A stretch of 64,000 nt of DNA from Macrostomum lignano (GCA_002269645.1 NIVC01001483.1:186001-250000), one strand, 5' to 3'; counted from the first letter of the stretch, positions 47,996 to 59,844 are shown. Notes: a model not told the origin generated them from the letters alone. Numbers and translations are program-made.

Positions 47996-49229
47996 CCTAA
48001 ATATAGAGCTATTTAGAGACTGTTTTGGGGGCGATTTCACAAGCCGAGGTGTAAACAAATCTTCAATTAAAAAACAAAAGAAACACGGGAATTTGAAACA
48101 CAGATTAATAATGAAGGCTAAACTATAAAAGGTCAATAAGGTTGTAAATCATATCTTATCGCTTTTTTAGCATGAATACACAGCCAAAGGAGTGAATTTA
48201 CAGATTATATCATATCGTACAGAATTACAGGAATACAGTGAAATTTCCTACTAAAATATAAGCTAATATTAATTATTTTGATTTGAATTTAAACACGCCA
48301 TAAAACGCCGGAGATATGGTATGCACTAAGCAAAGTAGATATTTAAAGGTTCTCAAGAAGGTTTTCAAGAAGCTTCTAATGCTACTACGATATACCCCTA
48401 GCAACCTGAAAGTTGATTGAAAGACATTGCACTTTCGTTTTATGGATACTTAAAAAGTAGAAATTCTGTAATATTTTACTTATAAAATAAAAAATAATCC
48501 TAATTTATTCGTTACACTACTTATAGTAGAAATATAAGAAAAATATTGGGTAATTAATAATAAAAACAATGCAAATACTTGATACTATCTACTAGTAGTA
48601 AAACTATTAGTTCAATGTTATTATATTTTTTACAATTTTTCAGCTGTAGACTTTTGCCTACATACCATACCTCCAGCGTTACTTCTTGACAAATCAGAAT
48701 TAAAAATCGACAATAAAAATGGTAAATATAGTGAGTTATGACATTAAAGTCCAAGCAATTCAATCATATCGTAACAGCCTCATTTACGCATGTATATATT
48801 GGTAAGAAATATATCAATAAATATGTTTGTATATAATATAATAAAACATGGTCAATAATAAAACTATGTAATTAATATTACATACAACGCAATCGGTCCA
48901 AGTGGAATGGAAGAGCTTAATTAAAAAAAGGAATTGAAGCATTTTGGATTTGGTAAAAATTCGATGTAAAAAGGACAGAGCTTTTTTTATAATAACAAAC
49001 TTGGTCGCGAATGAAACAACAGAAAAAACACGGTTTTACTGAATGAAACAGACAAATACTACTTGAAGTAGTGCTTTTTAGAGCCGCGTTGGAAAACACC
49101 GTTTCCAATGGTTTGTTAAAACGAAAACAAATTTAAAAAACCAGTAAACTTAAAAACACAAAAAATGTTCCTGGAAGACACGTAAACACTGTAAAGGCTC
49201 ATTCGCCTAAATATAACATCATAGTTGCC

Positions 49230-52200
49230 TCAGATCACTAAATAGTTGAGCATCTTCTGCGGATCCAAAGCCTCGTAGATGTAAAGTGGATCTCGATGAC
49301 CGTTGCGTGATTTAACTGTAGCGCTGGCCCTGGCCAATTCGTCTTTGAATCTGGAAAAAAAATCGGAGTAATATTGTTTTCATCTACTGTAAGTAGAAAT
49401 ATAAGTAAAAAGCAACTATAAAAATTCCAGACAGAAAATTTTACTTTTAACATTGTTTTCATCTACTGTAAGTAGAAATATAAGTAAAAAGCAGCTATAA
49501 AAATTCCAGACAGAAAATTTTACTTTTAACATTGTTTTCATCTACTGTAAGTAGAAATATAAGTAAAAAGAGGCGAAACTCTTACTCTTGCAGGATTTGC
49601 ATCGAGGCCTGATCGTGGCTATATTGTAGCTCGTATTCGCCAAGCGGCTGTTCGCCTTTCTGTCGCTGGCAAAGACGGAACGATAGCACGGTGTCGATGA
49701 ACTCGCGACGGCAGGGTAGCGATTGCAGACTGGCCTCAAGAGGCTGCTCTTCCTTTAGGTGGTAAAGCAGCATTGGAGTATTGAAGTATATGTTAGTTTA
49801 GTGGTAGTTCAGGAGTGATTGTAAGGGTAGTTCAGGGGTGATTGTAAAGGTAGTTCAGGGTGATTGTAAGGGTAGTTCAGGGGTGATTGTAAGGGTAGTT
49901 CAGGAGTGATCGTGGGGGTAGTTCAGGGGTGATTGTAAGGGTAGTTCAGGGGTGATTGTAAGGGTAGTTCAGGGGTGATTGTAAGGGTAGTTCAGGAGTG
50001 ATCGTGGGGGTAGTTCAGGGGTGATTGTAAGGGTAGTTCAGGAGTGATCGTGGGGGTAGTTCAGGGGTGATTGTAAAGGTAGTTCAGGGTGATTGTAAGG
50101 GTAGTTCAGGGGTGATTGTAAGGGTAGTTCAGGAGTGATCGTGGGGGTAGTTCAGGGGTGATTGTAAAGGTAGTTCAGGGGTGATTGTAAGGGTAGTTCA
50201 GGGGTGATTGTAAGGGTAGTTCAGGGATGATTGTAAGTGTAGTTCAGGGGTGACTGTAAAGGTAGTTCAGGGTGATTGTAAGGGTAGTTCAGGAGTGATC
50301 GTGGGGGTAGTTCAGGGGTGATTGTAAGGGTAGTTCAGGAGTGATTGTAAGAATAGTTCAGGCGGATTTTGAGAGTAGTTCAGGAGTGATTGTAAGGGTA
50401 GTTCAGGAGTGATTGTAAGGGAAGTTCAGGGTTACAGCAATACAGCAAGGGTAGTTCAGGGGTGATTGTATGGGTAGTTCAGGAGTGATTGTAAGGGTAG
50501 TTCAGGGATGATTGTAAGGGTAGTTCAGGGGTGATTGTAAGGGTAGTTCAGGGATGATTGTAAGGGTAGTTCAGGGGTGATTGTAAGGGTAGTTCAGGGA
50601 TGATTGTAAGGGTAGTTCAGGAGTGATTGTAAGGGAAGCTCAGGGTTACAGCAATACAGCAAGGGTAGTTCAGGGGTGATTGTATGGGTAGTTCAGGAGT
50701 GATTGTAAGGGTAGTTCAGGGGTGATTGTATGGGTAGTTCAGGAGTGATTGTAAGGGTAGTTCAGGGATGATTGTAAGGGTAGTTCAGGGGTGATTGTAA
50801 GGGTAGTTCAGGGATGATTGTAAGGGTAGTTCAGGGGTGATTGTAAGGGTAGTTCAGGGATGATTGTAAGGGTAGTTCAGGAGTGATTGTAAGGGAAGCT
50901 CAGGGTTACAGCAATACAGCAAGGGTAGTTCAGGGGTGATTGTATGGGTAGTTCAGGAGTGATTGTAAGGGTAGTTCAGGGGTGATTGTATGGGTAGTTC
51001 AGGAGTGATTGTAAGGGTAGTTCAGGAGTGATTGTATGGGTAGTTCAGGCGGATTTTAAGAGTAGTTCAGGGGCTATTATCTAGGACATTAGGTAAGGAC
51101 AATTACTATATTATAGAGTTACAAATTCAGTGATTAGATTAATTGAAGATAGTTTCAACCCGACTGTGATAGCAGATGATGAATGTATTGGGGAATTTCT
51201 AAAAACTCTCTAAGCATACTATAGCACATGTACAAACGCAAACCTGCGGATCCTGAGGCAGGCAGCCGTGCAGAGCCAGAGGATAGTTAGGCGGGAAGCC
51301 GTACTCATCGAACTGGGGCTGCCAGGCAGCAGAGCCGTGCACACAGATCATGTACATCAGATTAGTGAGCAGCGGGATCAGCTCGTCAACGTGCTGAATG
51401 CCGGATTTGCCAGGCAAGCCTTTCAATCCGAGGCCGCCCTTCTCCAACGGGTTGGTCATCTCCGCCCACCAGCCCTGCAGCTCGATGTCCTCCATCAGCT
51501 TGCGCTTCATCGCCTCCATGGGATTGGCGTAGTACAGACGGGCCGCCTTGTCGCAGTGGCCAGCGATGGCCTTGTAGATCAGCATGGCGTCCTCACTGCG
51601 GGAAGGGGAGTTCCGTGATGAGACTGATGATCTTGGGGGGAGGGGGGGCTGCCAAGCAACTGAATATTTGGGAGGCTGGCTTAGCAACTGAGGATCTGGG
51701 AGGCTGGCCCAGCAACTGAATATTTGGGAGGCTGGCCCAGCAACTGAGGATCTGAGAGGCTGGCCCAGCAACTGAGGATCTGAGAGGCTGGCCCAGCAAC
51801 TGGATATTTGGGAGGCTGGCCCAGCAACTGCGGATCTGGGAGGCTGGCAAAGCAACTGAATATTTGGGAGGCTGGCCAAGCAACTGCGGATCTGGGAGGC
51901 TGGCCCAGCAACTGAGGATCTGGGAGGCTGGCAAAGCAACTGAATATTTGGGAGGCTGGCCCAGCAACTGAATATTTGGGAGGCTGGCTCAGCAACTGAA
52001 TATTTGGGAGGCTGGCCCAGCAACTGCGGATCTGGGAGACTGGCCCAGCAACTGAAGATCTGGGAGGCTGGCCCAGCAACTGAGGATCTGGGAGGCTGGC
52101 CCAGCAACTGAGGATCTGGGAGGCTGGCCCAGCAACTGAGGATCTGGGAGACTGGCCCAGCAACTGAGGATCTGAGAGGCTGGCCCAGCAACTGAGGATC

Positions 52201-55200
52201 TGAGAGGCTGGCCCAGCAACTGGATATTTGGGAGGCTGGCCCAGCAACTGCGGATCTGGTAGGCTGGTCCAGCAACTGAATATTTGGGAGGCTGGCCCAG
52301 CAACTGAGGATCTGGGAGGCGGGAACAACTATCAGTTACGATATTACAGGTTTGTCAACAAAAGTTATATGTTATAGCTAAAAAGTGAGCCTTGCACTCA
52401 CCGATAAGGGTAACCGGGCAGCACATTTGAGTCGTACACGCCGCGGTTCTCCAGCTCTCTGTAGATGTTAATCTGCTGATCAAATCGCCAGGCTTTAAAA
52501 GCCTTCTTCAACAGCTGCCGGATGCCCTTCCTAGACAGCTGAATGTTCTGAGCAATCCAGCCGCTATCGCTGAAGAACCACTCCTTCAGCTTGGCATTGA
52601 CAGCCAGCAGGTGACGGAAGTGCGGAGCTAGCATCTGGTAGAGCGGATGCGACTGCGACAGATTCTTGCGCATAGTAACGTAGATACCCTCAAGGATGAG
52701 GTGATGCAGCAGGCGGTTAGCAACCAGGTGATAGCAGGCATCCGTGAGGTTAAACCATAGCTTAGCCTGCAGCCAGGCGTGAGGACTATCGCTAGGCATG
52801 ATCGGCGCGCCCTCCTCCATGCGCTGGTTGAGCTGAATTGCCAGGGGAACCAGCTGCAATCGTTCGGTCCAGAAGAACAGAGCAATTGGAGAGCAGAACT
52901 GCCTGCCATTCTTGCACTCGACTCCCTCCATGATGCTGTAGTCAACTATAAACAGGCGCCTGGCGTCCAGGATGTGCTGCAGAGTCCAGCCTTCCAAATA
53001 GGGCTTCAACCATTCAACGGCTACGCCGAAATTATCCGGGATAGATTTGCAGACTTTGATTACGAACGGATTGCAGCCTTTGAGGCGTTGGGCACCGAAC
53101 ACGAGGTCGTGCTCAGGGCCGCTAGGATTGGCTGGCCAGCGCTGCACAGACAGCGGCTCCGTGATGCTGTGCGCCCGGTAGTAAGTGGTCAGATCGTCAA
53201 AGCTGGTGAAGTGATCCACGCTGGCATAGTCCACGTCCAGGCCTTTGTTGTAGATGATCTCGTCCTTGGTCTTCTCGATGTTCCAGCGGGTGTCCTAGGA
53301 GAGATTTTGGGCGATTCTGTCAGGGTAAGATTCTGGGCGATTCTCTCAGGGTGAGATCTAGGGCGATTCTCTCACGGTGAGATCTAGGGCGATTCTCTCA
53401 GGGTGAGATCTAGGGCGATTCTCTCACGGTGAGATCTAGGGCGATTCTCTCACGGTGAGATCTAGGGCGATTCTCTCACGGTGAGATCTAGGGCGATTCT
53501 CTCAGGGTGAGATCTAGGGCGATTCTCTCACGGTGAGATCTAGGGCGATTCTCTCACGGTGAGATCTAGGGCGATTCTCTCACGGTGAGATCCAGGGCGA
53601 TTCTCTCACGGTGAGATCCAGGGCGATTCTCTCACGGTGAGATCTAGGGCGATTCTCTCACGGTGAGATTCAGGGCGATTCTTTCAGGGTGAGATTATGG
53701 GCGATTCTCTCAGGGTGAGATCCAGGGCGATTCTCTCACGGTGAGATCCAGGGCGATTCTCTCAGGGTGAGATTAGTATGGGCGATTCTCTCAGTGACAG
53801 GGTCCAGGGCGATCCAGGGCGATTCTCTCAGTGACAGGGTCCAGGGCGATCCAGGGCGATTCTCTCAGGCTGAGATTATGGCAATTCTCTCAGGGTGAGA
53901 TTAGTATGGGCGATTCTCTCAGGGTGAGACAATGAGCGATTCACCTAAAATGAGATTAATGCGATTTCTCAAGGTGAGATCATAGGCGATTTTTAAAGAC
54001 ATTCTATTCTCTGGGGTAGAAAATGAGCAGTTTCTCAGGAAAGTATAATTGCAATACGGGAATCTTACAAACTGAGAATATAAATAGGCATTTACACTAA
54101 ATTAAACTGTTACCAACCTGGGAGAAAATTTCTTCGGCTGGCAAAGCCTGCAATTCCAGCGGCAGTCCGTTGGCCCGCTGATAGAACAGGAGATTGTTTC
54201 TGCGCTCGGATATCTCAGCGATGCGCTCGTCCGGCATGGGGTCGGCGGAAGGCAGCGACACCTGCGAGTGGTGCAGTGCATGCGTGCGTTTGAAATAATC
54301 AAGGGAGCTTTGAGCTTGAAGGGCGACTCTGAAGGGAGCTTTGAAGGGCGATTCTGAATGGAGATTCTGAAGGGAGCTCTGAAGGGCGATTCTGAAGGGA
54401 GCTCTGAAGGGCGATTCTGAAAGGAGCTTTGAAAGGCAATTCTGAAGGACGATTCTGAAAGGAGCTCTGAAGGGCGATTCTGAAGGACGATTCTGAAAGG
54501 AGCTCTGAAGGGCGATTCTGAAGGGAGCTTTGAAAGGCAATTCTGAAGGACGATTCTGAAGGGAGCTCTGAAGGGCGATTCTGAAAGGAGCTTTGAAGGG
54601 CAATTCTGAAGGGAGCTCTGAAGGGCGATTCTGAAAGGAGCTTTGAAAGGCAATTCTGAAGGACGATTCTGAAAGGAGCTCTGAAGGGCGATTCTGAAGG
54701 GAGCTTTGAAAGGCAATTCTGAAGGACGATTCTGAAGGGAGCTCTGAAGGGCGATTCTGAAAGGAGCTTTGAAGGGCAATTCTGAAGGGAGCTCTGAAGG
54801 GCGATTCTGAAGGACGATTCTGAAGGGAGCTCTGAATGGTAATTCTAAAGCCGATAAAACGACATGAAACCTGACAGTTGGAAATGCTTGCTGACTTACC
54901 TGACAGTCAAATGAATAATAGTGCCTATCGGGATGAATCCATCTGTGCACAGGAAAGTACGAATAGAGCCACTTTCCGCCCAGGCCTTTGCGCCTGTCCC
55001 TAATAATAACCTTCTCGCAAAACCAATCATAATTAACATGTTCTACTCCAGGTTCCACTGAACGCCAGAATTCAATTTTTTGCACCTTGCCAAAACCCTT
55101 CTTGCACCAGCTGGCCAGCGGTATGGTGAATTTGTCCCTAATACTGCCGTCCTCCTCTTGGAAGAAAGCGTTGCTCAGAGTGAAAGCTGGGGAGGCGTTA

Positions 55201-55310
55201 CCATCTCGGTCATACAGGTGCAGCGTGATGGTGGGGCCCTGTTCGGCCACTTTGTAGTCGCCAGTCACTGAGCAGATTTCGAAAGCAATTTTTGACGATT
55301 TGGCACCCAT
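49230..55310 (-). CDS. PLAT + lipoxygenase-fold protein, join(54900..55310, 54118..54261, 52402..53294, 51244..51595, 49586..49752, 49230..49350), 695 aa; iron ligands degenerate
   Basis: PLAT motifs (DWFCEKVII, YFPVHRWI) and LOX motifs (FGAQRLKGCNP, LVPLAIQL, WLQAKLWF, HPLYQMLAPHF, YPYREDA, PPNYP, LGEY, YEALDP..NYLVI*). All five introns are GT-AG with consistent phases 0,0,2,0,2. Confidence 0.9.
49373..49570. repeat. about 81-bp tandem duplication (about 2.4 copies) in LOX intron 5
   Basis: AACATTGTTTTCATCTACTGTAAGTAGAAATATAAGTAAAAAG... repeated. Confidence 0.85.
49800..51070. repeat. 23-bp minisatellite (GGGTAGTTCAGGGGTGATTGTAA)n in LOX intron 4
   Basis: Visible array. Confidence 0.95.
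51645..52320 (+). repeat. 28-bp minisatellite family A in LOX intron 3
   Basis: Same unit as 11125-12765 plus a GAATATTTGG variant. Confidence 0.95.
53305..53990. repeat. 26-bp minisatellite (GGGCGATTCTCTCACGGTGAGATCTA)n in LOX intron 2
   Basis: Visible array. Confidence 0.9.
54315..54845. repeat. minisatellite (GAAGGGCGATTCTGAAGGGAGCTCT)n in LOX intron 1
   Basis: Visible array. Confidence 0.9.
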
Positions 55311-56184
55311 GTTCTGATCTTAAAAAAGCATGAATATTTGTGTTTTGTTATCTAGCATCATGCATGTATTAACATGCTTTTTTCTTTGAAGTCAAGATTA
55401 AGCATTAGATTTTCTAGAACTCTTTGAAAACATTAGCAACTATTACTGGTCTCATTGTCTCATGTAATAAAAATTAAAAATAAAAAGTATGTTTACGTTT
55501 ATATGGTTACAGATGTTGCTATAAATATATAGGGCACATTAAAAACTGATAACTTATTTTGACAAAACTTAATAACAAATTTTAGATCTTTAACTCTGTT
55601 TTAAGACAAGTCACAAATGTGAGTAGCATATTCAATAACAATTAAGTTGCATGGATAATGTAATTGCAAAAGTATGTCATGCAGATCAGAATCCCATCTA
55701 GTTGCCACTTGCAATTATGCTTAATATTTTAAATTACAAAACACATAATTTTTTTTGATTATTCTAAATATGACGTAAGTTTTTTGTCATTTATTAATTA
55801 ATAAGTGATAATAAAAAATAGTAAATTAAATTGTTTTATTTAAAATGCAACTTAAAATTATCACTTATGAGTAAATAGACTTTGCATATTTTTCAAGATA
55901 GAAATATGGCATGCTTTAAAACTAATTAAAAGTGATGTAATCACAAGTGTAAGACTAAGAGCATAGGATAGACAGCTATGCATTTATACCCAGAGCTAAC
56001 TAAGATGTGTATGATATATAAGGCTGGCATAGTGAAATTAAACATCTTGGTTGACAACAAAATACCAAACCATTTTTTCTTCAATCAAACTACCAAGTAG
56101 AAATCTCTTGACAATTTTTTTCTACATAGGAATAAAGCAAAACATGCATATAAAACTATTATATAAATATATTTGATACTACAA

Positions 56185-56482
56185 CATACATGCGCAACCT
56201 CCAAAATTCGGTCGGCCATGCGACTTAGTTTTAACAAAAATGCGACGTAGTTTTTGGCCAAAAATGCGACTTACATGTAATAAAAACCCTAAAGCAAAAT
56301 TAACGCAACTTTGGGTAAACGGAAGGAGTAACTATGACTGTCTTATTAGGTAAAAATGCCTCGTCAGCTACTTAGTAATACTACTTTGGTATTTTTCGGG
56401 TGGGCATTTTTGCGACTTCCTTGATTGGCTGCCAAATCGGTCGGCCGGATTGGCCGACTCGGCCGACTGTTGCGCATGTATG
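56185..56482. mobile_element. hAT-type MITE, 298 bp
   Basis: Perfect 14-bp TIR CATACATGCGCAAC / GTTGCGCATGTATG and a perfect 8-bp TSD TACTACAA. Confidence 0.9.
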
Positions 56483-57712
56483 TACTACAACTTAGTGATA
56501 TAGAGCACCTCCTGGTTTATGTACTTGTATTTCTATGGTTTGCAAAATATCAGTTCTTTCTTAGAAATTTGCTAATTTTTAATTCTGCTAATTTATTTGT
56601 TTAGCCATTGTGTTTTCTAAAAATATTCTATATGTAAAATTTGTTTAAAAATTTTCTGAATTTAATATAAACAAAACATCTAAAAGGCAAAAGAGAGCAA
56701 CCATTTACAAACTCAATTTATTATTTTTATGTTCAATATTTTAGTTCTTCCATTTTGAAAAGTATTTAGTCTAAATCACTTTGATAGTTTCCAACCAGGC
56801 TTATTCATTTCTCTAAGGACTAGAAACCTCAAATTAGGATTATTGAAATCCACTGAAAGTGGGAATCATCTTAATGCAGTAACTTACCTTAGAGCAATAA
56901 AAATGCTCAGAAGATGTGGCCCTCTGATCCTACGAATGCCTAGGACTAGGGATATTAATTCCCCAGAAAATTTGCACCCCAGGGACCTAGGGATTTGGTC
57001 CCTAGTAAAGAATAGATATAGATATAAAAATATAGTTACCTAAAGTTCAAAACCAAAATAAAGCTAAAATAAGCTAATAAAGCATTATTTCAACATTAAG
57101 CAATAGACTAATGTGAATTTTGTTTAAAAACTTTTCAAAACAAATAATTTTACTTCCATTATTTTTTAGGTCCCCAAATGACCCTGGCCTAAACCCTAAA
57201 GGTCAAAATCAAAAACTTTTTCAGTTTCCCTAGGGAAAATGGTAATGGTACCAACTAAACTATAAAAATGGATACAGATATAGAAAGGATTTGCATACTA
57301 AAATGCAGATATGGATTACTATTTTGCAGAATCAATGTGGATATAAATATATTAATGCAAAAAACTGCAGTTCTGGATGAAATACATATTTTGTTAATTG
57401 AGTTTTTACTAATAAAATTTATCAATATTATGATAAGATCTATTAAATTTATACCCAAGTTCATTTAAAATTGTAAAGATACCATTTTTTTTGCATGTTG
57501 TCTAATGAAATAAAGGCTAAGTTTTCTCATGGCACTACTTACTTAATTTAGTATCATGCAAATACAATCAGATTTTTTAAATTGCTTTGCTGCCCTACTT
57601 CTTGGCAGTCTCTGATTGGTAGATATAGCAAATTGTGATAACAAGGGGATAATGAGCTACAACTTGGTAATGACAAGCAATGACTTATCATCATTAGCTT
57701 GTTGACACTGCT

Positions 57713-58012
57713 CATACATGCGCAACCTCCAAAATTCGGTCAGCCATGCGACTTAGTTTTAACAAAAATGCGATGTAGTTTTTGGCCAAAAATGCAACTT
57801 ACATATAATAAAAACCCCTAAAGCTAAATTAACGCAACTTTGGGTAAACGGCGGGAATAACTATGACTGTCTTATTAGGTCAAAATGTCTCGTCAGCTAC
57901 TTAGTAATACTACTTTGGTATTTTTTCGGGTGGGCATTTTTGCGACTTCCTTGATTGGCTGCCAAATCGGTCGGCCGGATCGGCCGACTTGGCCGACTGT
58001 TGCGCATGTATG
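57713..58012. mobile_element. hAT-type MITE, 300 bp (same family)
   Basis: Same TIR, a perfect 8-bp TSD ACACTGCT, and high identity to 56185-56482. Confidence 0.9.
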
Positions 58013-59844
58013 ACACTGCTGATTTGTTTCTTTCTAACAAGAAACAATTTTCCATCATTATTCACAATAATTTCGAATGAGAACAAATTTATCTAAAAAT
58101 AAACAGAAACAAAAATATAACAAAATACTTAATCAATGTTTTGACAAAACTAAATCTGAAGATTTTCAACATTTGCAATTTATATCCACATTGATTCTAC
58201 AAAATAGAAATCCACCTCCATATCAGCATGCATTTTCATAGTTTAGTTGGTACCTAGGGAGGATTTTTCAGGGTTAATATCCCTATCTAAGACTGAGAAT
58301 ATTCCCTAGAAGAGTAAATTAGAAATATAGGAATTAGGATAGAAGATAATGCCATAAGACCATTCAGGCTAGTAGATAAATACATATTATTATACCTTTT
58401 TACTTTCAATTTTAAAATATCTACACTCAATATTGACATTTTTACATTCAATTTTGACTGTTTATGGTATTGCTTGTTAAAATGTTCAACCTATTTTGAT
58501 AAACTCAAATGCAATAATGACACTTTTTAAACCAAAAATGATAAACTCCAACTTTTATTAACAATTTGCTAGTAGATTGGAGTAATTTACATTCAATTTT
58601 GATATTAGCCCTAATGGGAAAAGTGAAATTTTCCCAGACATGCATCCAGCGTGTTTTTTAAATTTCAAGTTGGCGCAGCGGCTGTGGCCAGGTTGCAGCG
58701 CAACGTGGCACAGTCGTGCGGCATGGTGCGGTGGCACAGCGCAGCAGAGCATGGGAGGTATTGCGTGCGCAGCGCGGTGGTGCGACGTGGCGCAGTGCAG
58801 GAGGTTGCGCGCACGGTGCGGCACAGCAGTGCAATGTGGCGCAGCATGGAGCAGCATAATGCAATGCAACAAGAAAATATCTATGCAGCGTGACGTAGAG
58901 CAACTTTTAGGGCTAAATTTTTGGCCTTGGCGCACTTTAAAGCTAAAGACTGTTGCTTCTTGGCATGCATCTGAGCAGTTTGTGCAAAAAATCCAATAGA
59001 GGATATTAGGATACAAAACAGTGACTTTGCCTTACCATCTATAGAATAAAATTGCTTATGTGCATGCATTTCGATAGACAGCATCATAAAATTACACATT
59101 ATATTATTAGCACACATTGAAACATTATTTTGAAGTCATATTATTTTCTGTATAGTAGCAGGTCTACAATTCTAAATACAAAGTTAGCAACAATAAGAGG
59201 CAATTTATTATTGACTATAAGAATGATAACAACTTTTTTTACCTGGCTGATGCCTTAGGGATCACAAAAACCATAGCATGTCTTTATTAGCAATCAATAT
59301 TAATATAAAGCTATCAAAAATGTCAAACATTCACATGAGTTAATTAAGATTAAAACATGTTAGAATTCATAGAGAACTCAATTGATCCTAGTATTATTCT
59401 GGCTAAGAGCAATAGTTCAGATTATGTATTAGTGTATACTAGGTTTAATGATGGAAAAATTATGAGACCTTGTTTGTATACCAAGTATATACACTAATGT
59501 AAAAAAAATTGTCATTGACACAATGTTTTTGCTGTGTTATATACACTAGGATATATCTTGATCTATGCTAAAAATAGTAAATACCTTATATCCTAGCATA
59601 CATGTTGCCTTCCAAACTATAGCCTGGGAGTGCCAAGTGATACCAGTGATTAGCAAACACTCTTCAAAGCAATGAATTCTTGCTAGATCAGTCAGGGTAC
59701 ATATGCCTAGCTAGAATTAAGATCTAAGCTATAATTGTCACTGTTAAATTATTATATTAATTATAATAATATATTAATTATATTATTATATTATATTAGT
59801 ATCATTATATAATACTAATTATTATTATATAGCCTTTAGACATC

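Noticed and set aside
52779-53354. 191-aa plus-strand ORF (also 43567-44087, 45120-45523, 17650-18193, 14249-14590, 38045-38419)
   Set aside because: Antisense shadows of GC-rich, codon-biased real genes.
54301-54899. ORF 54102..55310 as one 402-aa protein
   Set aside because: It reads through the GTAAGT donor at 54899 into a minisatellite intron. The real exon ends at 54900.
58640-58900. Cys/Ala/Arg-rich ORFs in a GC-rich patch
   Set aside because: Low-complexity GCGGT/GCACA degenerate repeat, open in multiple frames, with no splice or homology support.
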